Shown: piece by piece, positions 17,599 through 26,705 of the stretch
Position numbering within the stretch: the first letter of the stretch is position 1
Layout: each line of letters starts with the position of its first letter
Notes under the pieces: generated by a model
Databases searched by the model: none
Seen by the model: only the letters and a program-made list of their open reading frames with translations
Told to the model about the DNA's origin: nothing
Virus record (IMG/VR): IMGVR_UViG_3300035562_000049
Coordinates: 1-35,713 of that record
Direction: 5' to 3' (one strand)
Length of the DNA stretch: 35,713 bases
DNA from: a virus
Lineage: Duplodnaviria; Caudoviricetes
Program-made: the position numbers and the translations under genes

Positions 17599-18035
17599 GA
17601 CAGGAACAGCGAACGCTCAGCAGCGCGGCGCTTCACCAGGCCATTGAGCACTTTGCCGCCTGCCTTGTTCCACTTAGGGAACTCATCAGCCGCGCCAGTG
17701 TAATCACCCGCATTCAGCTTTTTCAGCAGCGTAGAACCTTCCAACGCTTTCACGCCCAGGTTGTAGGCAAAATCAACGAGCGCATCAAACTGGTTTTGGT
17801 TAATGCCAACGCTCACCAATCGCGTAATGCCCTTTTCATACTGTATGACCCCGCTACGTAGCAGGCTGTCAGCGGTTTCTTGTGTGATGGTCGTGCCCTT
17901 GCCAACCGGCTTACCGTTAACGGGTTGCGTCCAGCCGTAACCAATCGTCCAAACACCCACCGTATCCTGATAAGCGGCAAGTTCGCAGCCCTCAAAGGTT
18001 TTCAGCAGACTCAGGCCGTTATTACTCATTTCCAC
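17595..18035 (-). CDS. Endolysin, GH24 lysozyme
   Basis: FEGCELAAYQDTVGVWTIGYG (E-D-T triad), NQFDALVDFAYNLG, GLVKRRAAE; GTG start after GGAGG (alternative ATG at 18029). Confidence 0.93.
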   Translation of the reverse strand: MEMSNNGLSLLKTFEGCELAAYQDTVGVWTIGYGWTQPVNGKPVGKGTTITQETADSLLRSGVIQYEKGITRLVSVGINQNQFDALVDFAYNLGVKALEGSTLLKKLNAGDYTGAADEFPKWNKAGGKVLNGLVKRRAAERSLFLS

Positions 18036-18354
18036 TTTTCGCCCCTCCGATCCTGTTTTCAATAAAGCCGGTGACTTTGCTGCGTACCTTGTCCGCCCCC
18101 ATAAAGCCAATTGATGCGCCAATAAAGGTGACGGCATTGGACGGTAAGCCCAGGTACTCCAGAGAGCCGGCCACCGCCAGCGTGACGATCCCACAGACCA
18201 ATGAACCGGTGGCGGTTTTCAGCAGTGACTGACCGTCATAAAGGCTCATAAGCGCCGATATGCTCAGCGCAGCGCCAGCCGCGTAGAGCGTCGGCAGATA
18301 AGTAGCAATCCATTTCATTGTTTGTTCCAGCATTCCCGTAGGCATGTCGCTCAT
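18022..18354 (-). CDS. Holin, lambda family
   Basis: 110 aa, three hydrophobic segments, IGFMGADKVR, charged C-tail; upstream of the lysozyme. Confidence 0.87.
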   Translation of the reverse strand: MSDMPTGMLEQTMKWIATYLPTLYAAGAALSISALMSLYDGQSLLKTATGSLVCGIVTLAVAGSLEYLGLPSNAVTFIGASIGFMGADKVRSKVTGFIENRIGGAKSGNE

Positions 18355-18364
18355 GGCAACCTCT

Positions 18365-18574
18365 CTAATCCCAAAGCTGTACGGTTTCCCGCTGGGCGGG
18401 TGGGGGTAACTCCGGGAGGTAAACGACTTGCCCGGCGCTCAGCAGCGGCCCACTGTCACAGAGGCCCGGATTCGCTTCATGTACGGCTTCGGTTACTCCG
18501 GCCGTCCTGCCGTAATAGCGCCAGCAAAGCTCATCAACAGTGTCATCCTGCTGCGCCTGCACGTTCATCAGCAC
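18365..18574 (-). CDS. X: Tail protein gpX
   Basis: DTVDELCWRYYGRT, ANPGL, VQLWD. Confidence 0.93.
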   Translation of the reverse strand: MLMNVQAQQDDTVDELCWRYYGRTAGVTEAVHEANPGLCDSGPLLSAGQVVYLPELPPPAQRETVQLWD

Positions 18575-19056
18575 AACTCCGCAAGGCCGCGATCTTCATT
18601 CTGGATATCGCGAATTGACCAGCGCACGTCACGCCAGAGCGTATCTATCTGAGTGCTCAGTGCCTGGGCGTGGTCTTCCCCTTTACTGGTGGTATCAATA
18701 TCGCGATACCCCTCTATCAGCAGGGCTTTGGTCAGTGACCAGACGGCGTTTTTATAGCGCCAGACCTTCACCGATTCGCCATTCACCGGATCGGCGGGGA
18801 TCTCCGCCAGAGCCTGATAACCGGCATCAATCTGAACCTGACGCCACAGAAAAAGCTGATCGTTGACATGGGCCACGGCCTCAATAGTGCGAGAAAAAAG
18901 CCGATCGGTAGTGACCTGCCCATCTAGCCGCATTGCCCGGCGCAACTCTGCCAGCACAATCACCGGCCAAAATGGCAGGCTCTCGACTTTCGCGCCGCCA
19001 TCATCAGGCGCGGGTTCTGATGGCGGTCTTACCGGTTCGGTGGCGACCAAGCTCAT
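18568..19056 (-). CDS. L: Head completion/stabilization protein gpL
   Basis: FWP, MRLDGQVT, YRDIDTT.KG, WRDVRWSI; start at MSLVATEP after GGAG. Confidence 0.92.
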   Translation of the reverse strand: MSLVATEPVRPPSEPAPDDGGAKVESLPFWPVIVLAELRRAMRLDGQVTTDRLFSRTIEAVAHVNDQLFLWRQVQIDAGYQALAEIPADPVNGESVKVWRYKNAVWSLTKALLIEGYRDIDTTSKGEDHAQALSTQIDTLWRDVRWSIRDIQNEDRGLAELC

Positions 19057-19155
19057 ACAGGCATCTCCAAAAGTCAGGCGGTGGACGGCGTGACGCAGTG
19101 GAGGCAAAGCCTTGCTACGTCACACCGTGCCGCCTGGTGCGCGGGGGCACGTTCG

Positions 19156-20001
19156 TTATGGCGTCGCGCGCTGGCGCGTTGCCCTGTTCTTTGTTGCCGC
19201 TGTTGCCGGGTTGCCTTTTGGCTTCTTAGCGGCGGCGGTGCGGGGTACGGTCGAAGATGCTGGCTTTTTAGCCTCCGTCTTCGCTTCCGGCTGGGCCGGT
19301 GGTGCTTCAATATCGCTGGCGTCGTCGCTTACTGCGGTCAGTTTTTTGATGTTGCGATCCAACAGTTCAATGTCACGCGCAACGCCGATTTTTGCGTTGA
19401 GCTTGATTGCGTCCTGCAAGTGCGCTCTGGCGAGCTGTTGCGATTCAACATCCTGCTGAATGCGAACGGTGTAGCCCATGGCTTTAAACAGCTTTGCCCT
19501 GACCTGATCGGGCATATCTTCATGAAGAGTGATGCCGTTCAGCGCGTTAAGGTTATCAATGCTTACCGTGACCTTTGCCGGGTTCGCTTTGAACGCGGCA
19601 AGGATGGGATCGCAAATCTCTTCAACCAATACCGTGGCAGTGGTGCGCTTGTACTGGTCTGGCATCGGGATTTTATGCCGTAGCACGTACTGACCTATCC
19701 GCAGCGCCTGCGCGATATCCCCGGCATCTGCCGCCCAGATCATCACGGTGGTGATCACCTCATCCGCCTGGCCGGTGTCCGCTGCCAGTGCGCCATCTAT
19801 CCACGGCTGATAGTCCGGCAGGCGTTCGCTTTTGAGCTTCGCTTTACCGGCATTCGACTGGATGCGGCTAAGGTCGGCTTTGTCCATACGCAGGCGAAAA
19901 AGTACCTGTTCGTAGGCTGTCTTTTCGGCTGATGATGCCCCGCGACTATTGCGGCGTTCCGCCATCACCCGATCAAAGTGTCTTTGTGCTGGTGTTAACA
20001 T
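19156..20001 (-). CDS. M: Terminase small (endonuclease) subunit gpM
   Basis: MLTPAQRH, MIWAADAGD, DMPDQVRAKLFKAMG. Confidence 0.92.
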   Translation of the reverse strand: MLTPAQRHFDRVMAERRNSRGASSAEKTAYEQVLFRLRMDKADLSRIQSNAGKAKLKSERLPDYQPWIDGALAADTGQADEVITTVMIWAADAGDIAQALRIGQYVLRHKIPMPDQYKRTTATVLVEEICDPILAAFKANPAKVTVSIDNLNALNGITLHEDMPDQVRAKLFKAMGYTVRIQQDVESQQLARAHLQDAIKLNAKIGVARDIELLDRNIKKLTAVSDDASDIEAPPAQPEAKTEAKKPASSTVPRTAAAKKPKGNPATAATKNRATRQRATP

Positions 20002-20045
20002 TGATGCCCCCTGAGCAGGCCAGCTAACTGCTGGCCTGCGGCGTC

Positions 20046-21092
20046 TTATGGTGCCGGTTTTGGTTCTGCGGCGGTGATGCCTTCGATCAGACAGCCAAAG
20101 CCGTAATCCTCAATGACATAGGCGTCATTTGAAGAGCTGTACGTTGAGACGCGGTTATATTCCGGCTCTTCGACAATACGGCGACGGTGCCCGCCTTCCT
20201 GCCAGTAGATGGACAGGTTTTCCCAGGAGGTAATAAACATGCTGCCGTCAGGGAAGAAAGGTGCGATAAATGACGGCAGGTTGCCGATCGTTTTACGTGA
20301 CGCAATCAACTGCCCGGCCAGCGCTTCGGAGTTCGGGTTATTGGTGCTTACGGCGTTGATAATGGGGAACGAGCGGTTAACCGTCAGATTGCGCCCGGTG
20401 ATCACCACCAGATCGGGCGAATCTTTGTACCACTCATCCATCAGGGAGTTAACGCCATCAAAAACAATCGAATCGTAGTTACCGTAATCCCCTTTGGCGA
20501 TCACCTGGTTGGTGTCGTCGCGGCTGGTCACGGTAACGTTTTTCATGACACGATGCGGCGCATTGCCCCGGTACTGCTGGAGCCAACCCACCCCACAATC
20601 CTGCAACAGCGGATTGGTGGCGCGATCTGACTTCTCCGCGTAGCTCGTACCGTTGAAGCCGATCATGATGCGATCGAGCGCAATACGCTTGATGATCTGA
20701 TTGCTCAGACGCTGCTGGAAGTCCGGGAATTTTGCCCAGGCATCAAGCTGCGTATACGGCGTAAAGGTATCGGCGTTCACCTTGTTACAGGTGTATTTAT
20801 TCGAATCCAGCACCGCCAAAGAGGTGGGCTGGCGGCGATCCGTGGTGGAATTGTTGGTACTGGAAACCGGGCCGCTGACACCCAGGCCAATCTTTTCACC
20901 TGTCTGATCATTGACGCCGTAGATATTGATTTTCTTGAGCATCTCAGAAGAGTTCTGCACTTTGTCTTCAAGCGTCTGCTCGACGCTCGGATCAATGCTG
21001 TACGCCTTGGTGATGTGGGCAGCGCTGATATGATTGAGTTCAGCCTGTCGCTGGATGTACTTGTCAAACAAATCGCGGGTTGTATTACGCAT
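20046..21092 (-). CDS. N: Major capsid protein gpN
   Basis: PSVEQTLE, LDAWAKFPDFQ, ALDRIMIGFNG, NPLLQD, NLSIYWQEG. Confidence 0.96.
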   Translation of the reverse strand: MRNTTRDLFDKYIQRQAELNHISAAHITKAYSIDPSVEQTLEDKVQNSSEMLKKINIYGVNDQTGEKIGLGVSGPVSSTNNSTTDRRQPTSLAVLDSNKYTCNKVNADTFTPYTQLDAWAKFPDFQQRLSNQIIKRIALDRIMIGFNGTSYAEKSDRATNPLLQDCGVGWLQQYRGNAPHRVMKNVTVTSRDDTNQVIAKGDYGNYDSIVFDGVNSLMDEWYKDSPDLVVITGRNLTVNRSFPIINAVSTNNPNSEALAGQLIASRKTIGNLPSFIAPFFPDGSMFITSWENLSIYWQEGGHRRRIVEEPEYNRVSTYSSSNDAYVIEDYGFGCLIEGITAAEPKPAP

Positions 21093-21131
21093 TATATTTT
21101 CCTTTCCTGTGCCTGATGCGACGTTGCCTTA

Positions 21132-21971
21132 TCAGCAATCAGCCAAATGTTGAGTTGTTTGACCATCGCCACCGGTAGCGGGCGGACGCTGGCTGTACTG
21201 CTCGGCGTCCTGGCCTTTCAGTTTTTCTTCCAGCGCTTTGAAGTCCTTGCGCAGAGTGTCCAACTCGGCGGCGTCAGCCTTACCTTTCACCGCTGCGGAT
21301 AGCTTCGTCGTGCTGTCCAGCAATTGGCCCTGACTTTCAGCGATGGCCTCAATCGCCTCACGGTTCTCACCGTTCTGCTGGCTGAGTTGCTGTTGTGTAC
21401 CGCCCAGCAGCGCCTTAACGCGGGCAAAGAAGTTTTTGCCTTCATCCTGTGAGGGTTGTTCGTCTTCAAACTCCATCGTGGATTCAACGGAAGCGGTGAA
21501 GAAACAGGCCGGGTCATGTTTGCGGGAGGCCAACGGGTTAACGGGGTTGTTAGCACAGAACTGCATCATTTCCGTGCCCAGGCTGGCAGGGCTATCGGTA
21601 CAAGCCAGCCCCATCAAGTAGGCTTCGCCGGTATCAGCAAAGGAGGGGTGCACTTCAATACTGTGATAAATCTTCTGGCGGCTCTTTTTCATGGCAACCA
21701 GATCATCAGTGGCATCAACCTGCACATACAGGCCCATTTTGCCTTTCAGCGGCTCCTCGGTGATTTCCTCTGCCTGGACGGCAATAACATCGCCATAAGC
21801 ACGAAAATCACTGTTTGGAGAGTAGCCCCGCAGGTGCTCCAGATTGACGCGAGCACCGTAAACCGTAGGGTTGAAGCGTTTAGCCATCTGCACAATATGC
21901 TGACGCTCCAGCGTCCGACCGTCACAGGTGGCACCCTCGACAGCGACGCGAAATAATTTTGACTTTGGCAT
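21132..21971 (-). CDS. O: Capsid scaffolding protein/protease gpO
   Basis: FRVAVEGATCDGR, YGARVNLEH, GLACTDSPASLGTE, RPPATGG. Confidence 0.95.
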   Translation of the reverse strand: MPKSKLFRVAVEGATCDGRTLERQHIVQMAKRFNPTVYGARVNLEHLRGYSPNSDFRAYGDVIAVQAEEITEEPLKGKMGLYVQVDATDDLVAMKKSRQKIYHSIEVHPSFADTGEAYLMGLACTDSPASLGTEMMQFCANNPVNPLASRKHDPACFFTASVESTMEFEDEQPSQDEGKNFFARVKALLGGTQQQLSQQNGENREAIEAIAESQGQLLDSTTKLSAAVKGKADAAELDTLRKDFKALEEKLKGQDAEQYSQRPPATGGDGQTTQHLADC

Positions 21972-22051
21972 GTCGAAATCCCGAATAAGTGAATGATATT
22001 AACCAGTGCCCCTATCATTCCCGCCCCGGCCGGTTCGCGCAAAGCGTTGCC

Positions 22052-22072
22052 GTTGTTGCCGCCGCCTGACAA
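22052..22072. promoter_or_regulatory. Ogr-binding site between divergent O and P genes
   Basis: GTTGT-tgccgccgcctg-ACAA matches TGT-N12-ACA; -10-like TACTCT at 22106-22111. Confidence 0.8.
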
Positions 22073-22117
22073 TCACAACCCAGAGCGACGCGCGCGCGGG
22101 CGCGGTACTCTGCGACG

Positions 22118-23836
22118 ATGAAACAGACTTCCCACGATGAACCACGGATTGCCGCTAAGGTCATGTACTGGCAGGCATACAGCATCACGCAGATCGCAAA
22201 ATCGATCGGCGTGAGTACCAACACCCTGTATTCCTGGCGGCGTCGTGATAAGTGGGATGAATCCACGGCACTGGAGCGCGTACAGGATCGAATGCAGGTG
22301 CGGCTATTGCGCCTGACGGAAAAGCCAGACCTGACGCCGCATGACTTCAAAACCATTGACCTGCTAACCCGTCAACTGGTGCGCATGGAACGCGAAGAAC
22401 GCCGAGGCGAAGAGAAAGGCCGCGAGAAGAAGCAGAAAAACCACTTTGCGGAAGAGCAGATCGCGCAGCTTCGCACCCTGGTGCTGGATTCGCTCTACGA
22501 GCATCAAAAACGCTGGTACAAGCAGCGCGAACGCCGCAACCGTTTCATCCTCAAATCGCGCCAGATTGGTGCTACCTGGTACTTTGCCCGCGAGGCATTG
22601 TTACGGGCCCTGGAAACCGGCAACAACCAGATATTTTTATCCGCCAGCCGTGCCCAGGCGTTCCAGTTTAAAAAGTTCATCCAGTTGCTGGCGGCACAGG
22701 TTGGCGTTGAGCTGAAAGGCGGCGACGCCATCACCCTGAGCAACGGCGCAACGTTCTACTTTCTCGGCACCTCAGCAGCAACGGCACAGAGTTACACCGG
22801 GGATCTGTATCTGGATGAGGCATTCTGGATCAACAATTTCCTTGAGCTGCGTAAAGTCGCCGCAGGCATGGCAACCCATGAAGGGCTGCGCCGTACCTAC
22901 TTTTCCACGTCATCCACAGAGGAGCATGAAGCCTATAGTTTCTGGACTGGCGACCTGTTCAACAAGGCAAGACCCAGAGCCGAACGGGTAGAAATAGACG
23001 TCAGCCACAAGGCGCTGAAAAATGGCAAGCTGTGCGGAGATGGGATCTGGCGGCAGATTGTCACCATTGAAGACGCGATAAAACTCGGCTTTGACCGGGT
23101 GAAGATCGAAACCATCAAGGGGGAAAACTCCCCAGAGGATTACGACAACCTGTACCGCTGCCGCTTCGTTACCGTGGGTGAGCGCGCCTTTAACTACAAC
23201 GCCATGATCGGCTGCTGCGTCGACGGCTTCAATGATGATGTATGGCCCGACTGGAACCCATTCGCCCCCAAACCGATAGGCGATCGCGGGGTGTGGATTG
23301 GCTACGATCCCAACGGGGGAAGCGGTAACGGTGACTCTGCCGGGTTGGTCGTGATAGTCCCGCCAGTGGTACCGGGCGGCAAGTTCCGCATCATCGAACG
23401 TGTCCAGCTTCGTGGTATGGAATTTGAGGAGCAGGCCGAGGTCATTGAGGGGCTGACAGAGCGTTACAACGTCCAGCATATCGCGATCGACGGCACTGGC
23501 GGCTTTGGTGATGCGGTTTGGCAGTTGGTCGTAAAATTCTTCCCGCTGGCGGTGAAATACCAGTATTCCGTCCAGCTCAAGCGCGCCATGGTACTGAAAG
23601 CGCTCATGCTGATCCGTGCCGGTCGTCTTGAACTGGATGCGGGAATGATGGATCTCATCCAGTCATTTATGACCGTGCGTAAGGTGCAAAAAGGCAACGT
23701 AATGACCTATGTTTCCGATCGCAAGCGCGGCAGTAATCACGGCGATCTCGCCTGGGCATCAATGACCGCGTTATATAACGAGCCGATCGGCAGCGAAAGC
23801 GGCGGCAATAATGACAGTTTTGTAGAGGAGTTTTAA
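22118..23836 (+). CDS. P: Terminase ATPase subunit gpP
   Basis: LKSRQIGATWYFA, YLDEAFW, WIGYDP, HGDLAWA. Confidence 0.96.
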   Translation: MKQTSHDEPRIAAKVMYWQAYSITQIAKSIGVSTNTLYSWRRRDKWDESTALERVQDRMQVRLLRLTEKPDLTPHDFKTIDLLTRQLVRMEREERRGEEKGREKKQKNHFAEEQIAQLRTLVLDSLYEHQKRWYKQRERRNRFILKSRQIGATWYFAREALLRALETGNNQIFLSASRAQAFQFKKFIQLLAAQVGVELKGGDAITLSNGATFYFLGTSAATAQSYTGDLYLDEAFWINNFLELRKVAAGMATHEGLRRTYFSTSSTEEHEAYSFWTGDLFNKARPRAERVEIDVSHKALKNGKLCGDGIWRQIVTIEDAIKLGFDRVKIETIKGENSPEDYDNLYRCRFVTVGERAFNYNAMIGCCVDGFNDDVWPDWNPFAPKPIGDRGVWIGYDPNGGSGNGDSAGLVVIVPPVVPGGKFRIIERVQLRGMEFEEQAEVIEGLTERYNVQHIAIDGTGGFGDAVWQLVVKFFPLAVKYQYSVQLKRAMVLKALMLIRAGRLELDAGMMDLIQSFMTVRKVQKGNVMTYVSDRKRGSNHGDLAWASMTALYNEPIGSESGGNNDSFVEEF

Positions 23837-23838
23837 AC

Positions 23839-24891
23839 GTGAGCCGCAAAAAGCAAAAATACCAGGCCAGAGAGCAACAGCAGCCTGCCAGCATGGACAC
23901 CAGCGCTATCGAATCATTCAGCTTTGGCGACCCGGTAGCCGTCACCGATCGCAGCATGTTCCTTGACCTCATGGAGTGCGCAGATAACGGGGTTTGGTTT
24001 GAGCCACCGATCAGCCCCTACGGCGTGGCAAAGATGTTTGATTCAGCGGCTTACCACCAGTCACCGCTTATCTTTAAGCGTAACGTGATCGCATCCTGCT
24101 ATATCCCTCACCCGCTGCTGAGCAGGCAGGAAATGAGCGCCTGGGTGCTGGATTATCTGGTGTTTGGCAACAATTACATGGAAGTACGCCGCAACATGCT
24201 GGACGAGCCTATCGCGCTGAAACATGCCCAGGCTAAATACACGCGACGCGGCAGCGATCTGAGGAAAGATCAATACTGGTTTATCACCCGCCGCGATGCG
24301 GATTACCCCTTCAAACCGGGCAGCATCTGCCAGATAAAAAATCCCAGCATTCACCAGGAGATCTACGGCGCACCTGAATATATGGCCTCACTGCAAAGCG
24401 CTATGCTCAACAATGAAGCGACCATATTCCGCCGTAACTACTACATCAACGGCAGTCATGCCGGGGTCATTGTTTATCTGACCGATCCGATCGCCAACAA
24501 CAAAGACGTTGAGAGCCTGAAAAAGTCATTGAAGGACGCGCGCGGCGGCGGCGCATTTAAAAACCTGTTTGTCTATGCAGCGGGCGGGAAGAAAGACGGC
24601 TTGCAAATTATGCCGTTCAGCCAGATAGCAGCAAAGGACGAGTTTACCGGCATCAAAGACGCAACGCGTGATGATATGCTTGCCGCGCATCGCGTCCCGC
24701 CCCAGCTCATGGGGGTGATGCCTGGCAATGCTGGCGGCTTCGGTGATGTCGAGAAGGCGGCGCGGGTGTTCTCCATCAATGAGCTGACGCCGATACAAGA
24801 GAGCCTGAAAGAGCTGAATGACTGGCTGGGGATCGAAGTGATCCGGTTCAACCCCTACGCCCTCACTGCACCGGCAACACCCGCCGCCTGA
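23839..24891 (+). CDS. Q: Portal protein gpQ
   Basis: FSFGDP, QEIYGAPEY, AAHRVPPQLMG, GGFGDVEKAA; GTG start after GAGGAG. Confidence 0.96.
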   Translation: MSRKKQKYQAREQQQPASMDTSAIESFSFGDPVAVTDRSMFLDLMECADNGVWFEPPISPYGVAKMFDSAAYHQSPLIFKRNVIASCYIPHPLLSRQEMSAWVLDYLVFGNNYMEVRRNMLDEPIALKHAQAKYTRRGSDLRKDQYWFITRRDADYPFKPGSICQIKNPSIHQEIYGAPEYMASLQSAMLNNEATIFRRNYYINGSHAGVIVYLTDPIANNKDVESLKKSLKDARGGGAFKNLFVYAAGGKKDGLQIMPFSQIAAKDEFTGIKDATRDDMLAAHRVPPQLMGVMPGNAGGFGDVEKAARVFSINELTPIQESLKELNDWLGIEVIRFNPYALTAPATPAA

Positions 24892-24962
24892 CCATTCAAA
24901 AAGATTGATACATCACCCTGACACAGGGTGAACGCAACCCCTATCAAAACCACACGCCCTGT

Positions 24963-25000
24963 AAGCCCCTCAGCGCCACGCTGGCAGGGGCTTTTGTTTT
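24963..25000 (+). terminator. Terminator after portal gene
   Basis: AAGCCCCT-CAGCG-cca-CGCTG-gc-AGGGGCTT then TTGTTTT. Confidence 0.65.
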
Positions 25001-25102
25001 ACACCCCCTGACACGACCACAGCGCAACCACATCAAAGCAGAGCCGCCCAGGCACGAAAAGCGGCATGAACAGGTATACCCTCCTTACCCCCTCAGCGCG
25101 CG

Positions 25103-25121
25103 ATATATCCCCCGCCTCGCC
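25103..25121 (-). other. cos site (19-nt cohesive end)
   Basis: Minus strand gtgcg-GGCGAGGCGGGGGATATAT-cgcgcgctg versus P2 GGCGAGGCGGGGAAAGCAC; located after Q as expected. Confidence 0.85.
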
Positions 25122-25288
25122 CGCACACAAAACCCGCGTCTTTTTGTGCAATCTTGCAGTGAACGGCAGGCCGTGCCGCGTCTAGGCTTGACTGGTAAAA
25201 GTACCATCAAAAAAATTGTGCATTTTAATGCAGAATTGTGCGGTGATTTTTGAAAGAAAAGAAGCCGCCAATATCAACGACTTTTTCG

Positions 25289-25672
25289 TTAGCGGGAAGC
25301 ATGGGAAAGCTGGCGAAGAACAGCAGAAATATCTGCGGTACTGCTGGCTCCAGTGGCAGCGGAAACCGTTAATTCTTCCAGTTCGTTACCTTCGTCACGG
25401 ATCTGGATACCGTTGCGGTTTAAAAACGCCATCGCCACAAAAAAAGCGGTTCGTTTATTCCCGTCATTGAAGATATGCCCGCGAGCAATGGCAATAAGAT
25501 ACATCGCCGCAAGCTCGTGAATATCCTCAACACCTTCATAGTAAAGCTGGTTCTGAACGCGATAGATGATTGCCTCAGCCCGACCCGGCTCCGGCATACC
25601 TGGAACCCCCGGCAGAGCGGCGAGCAAGCGATCGTGAAACGCTATCACCTCCTGAGCGCTGATCCATTTCAT
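25289..25672 (-). CDS. doc: Doc (death-on-curing) family toxin
   Basis: Fic-variant motif HIFNDGNKRTA; overlaps the upstream antitoxin stop. Confidence 0.92.
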   Translation of the reverse strand: MKWISAQEVIAFHDRLLAALPGVPGMPEPGRAEAIIYRVQNQLYYEGVEDIHELAAMYLIAIARGHIFNDGNKRTAFFVAMAFLNRNGIQIRDEGNELEELTVSAATGASSTADISAVLRQLSHASR

Positions 25673-25890
25673 CTGTCAGCTAATGCCTCAATGGTGCGCC
25701 CATGACGTCCCATGATCTCGGCAAACTCTGCATCAAGCTTTGCCTCTTGCCATGCATTGAAATCATCACGGCTGATGAGCACGGCGGCAGAGCCATCACG
25801 GCGGGTGATTTCTACTGGTTCGCCAGCCGTCGCAGCTTCCATTACCTCGGCAATATTTTGTCGGGCCTGAGATGTAGTGTAAGTTCGCAT
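25669..25890 (-). CDS. phd: Phd/YefM family antitoxin
   Basis: 73 aa MRTYTTSQARQN...GEPVEITRR...LDAEFAEIM; GGAGG upstream. Confidence 0.92.
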   Translation of the reverse strand: MRTYTTSQARQNIAEVMEAATAGEPVEITRRDGSAAVLISRDDFNAWQEAKLDAEFAEIMGRHGRTIEALADR

Positions 25891-25903
25891 ATAGCCTCCT
25901 TTA

Positions 25904-25936
25904 ATGTACACCTTAAATGTACATCACAAGCGTACA
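25904..25936. promoter_or_regulatory. phd-doc operator palindromes
   Basis: ATGTACAC, ATGTACAT and GCGTACAA with GTAC cores at 25906, 25919 and 25932 (13-bp period); similar to P1 phd operator GTGTACAC. Confidence 0.75.
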
Positions 25937-25952
25937 ACAAACAACGATAACG

Positions 25953-26681
25953 CTATATCTCAGCATCAACTGTATTAAGCGCTGCCATAATTGCCAGGCG
26001 TTCAGCAGGCGGCAACGCCGCGTACTTAGCCCGCCAGCGCTCAACTTTTCGCTTAATCCGGCTGCGATCGTTGTAATCTTTGCCCGCAAAGGCGTGAGAA
26101 TATGCCCGCCCTTCACCGTAGTTCATCCAGATTTTCTCTGTTCTCACGCCGCCACGCGTCATGGCCTGAAATTCCATACTACGCCAGCCCGTTAACGTCT
26201 CGTCATAAAGCGGCGATGGGTACCCAGACAAGATCACGCTGACGTTTTCCGGCAACCCCATCAGGCAGGCTAACAGACGCTCATGATCGGCAACGGTATA
26301 CTCATGTCGATAACGGGCGCGACTGGTACGCGTCTCCGGCATATAGGGCGGATCACAATAGACCAACACCCGCCCCAGCTTGTTAAAGCCGGTCACGCCA
26401 TCCGACGCGCCGGATGATTTCAGGCTTTCCAGAAAATAGACTGCATCACCGTGAAAAAAATCAAGGCGCGGGGGTTTGATGCCCCGGTCTTTCCATCGCT
26501 GCAACGTCTGTATGCGCGCCGTTTCATCCAAATCCGCGCCATAGTTCCGCAACGCTGGCGGCTTATGGAACATCACCGCCCCGCTGCCCAGGTGGGTTTC
26601 AATGTAAGTATCATGCGGCGGCATTTCAGCAATTATCTTTTGATAAACCCCGCTACCGCCCTTACTTCCTAAATAACTCAT
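25953..26681 (-). CDS. Atypical short Dam-like (D12 class) amino-methyltransferase
   Basis: YLGSK, motif I variant YIETHLGSG, catalytic YCDPPY, LSGY; little room for a target-recognition domain; basic C-terminal extension. Confidence 0.8.
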   Translation of the reverse strand: MSYLGSKGGSGVYQKIIAEMPPHDTYIETHLGSGAVMFHKPPALRNYGADLDETARIQTLQRWKDRGIKPPRLDFFHGDAVYFLESLKSSGASDGVTGFNKLGRVLVYCDPPYMPETRTSRARYRHEYTVADHERLLACLMGLPENVSVILSGYPSPLYDETLTGWRSMEFQAMTRGGVRTEKIWMNYGEGRAYSHAFAGKDYNDRSRIKRKVERWRAKYAALPPAERLAIMAALNTVDAEI

Positions 26682-26705
26682 CCGTAAAACCTCGCGTTAC
26701 AGCTG

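Noticed and set aside
18036-18194. Long N-terminal extension of the endolysin as a possible SAR/signal domain
   Set aside because: It overlaps the holin, and a strong GGAGG precedes the GTG at 18035.
19081-19683. 200-aa Cys/Arg-rich plus-strand ORF
   Set aside because: Antisense to gpM and its low-complexity GC-rich tail.
24913-24931. TCACCCTG-aca-CAGGGTGA palindrome after the portal gene as another array unit
   Set aside because: Arm sequence and spacer do not fit the 9-4-9 consensus and the conserved linkers are absent.
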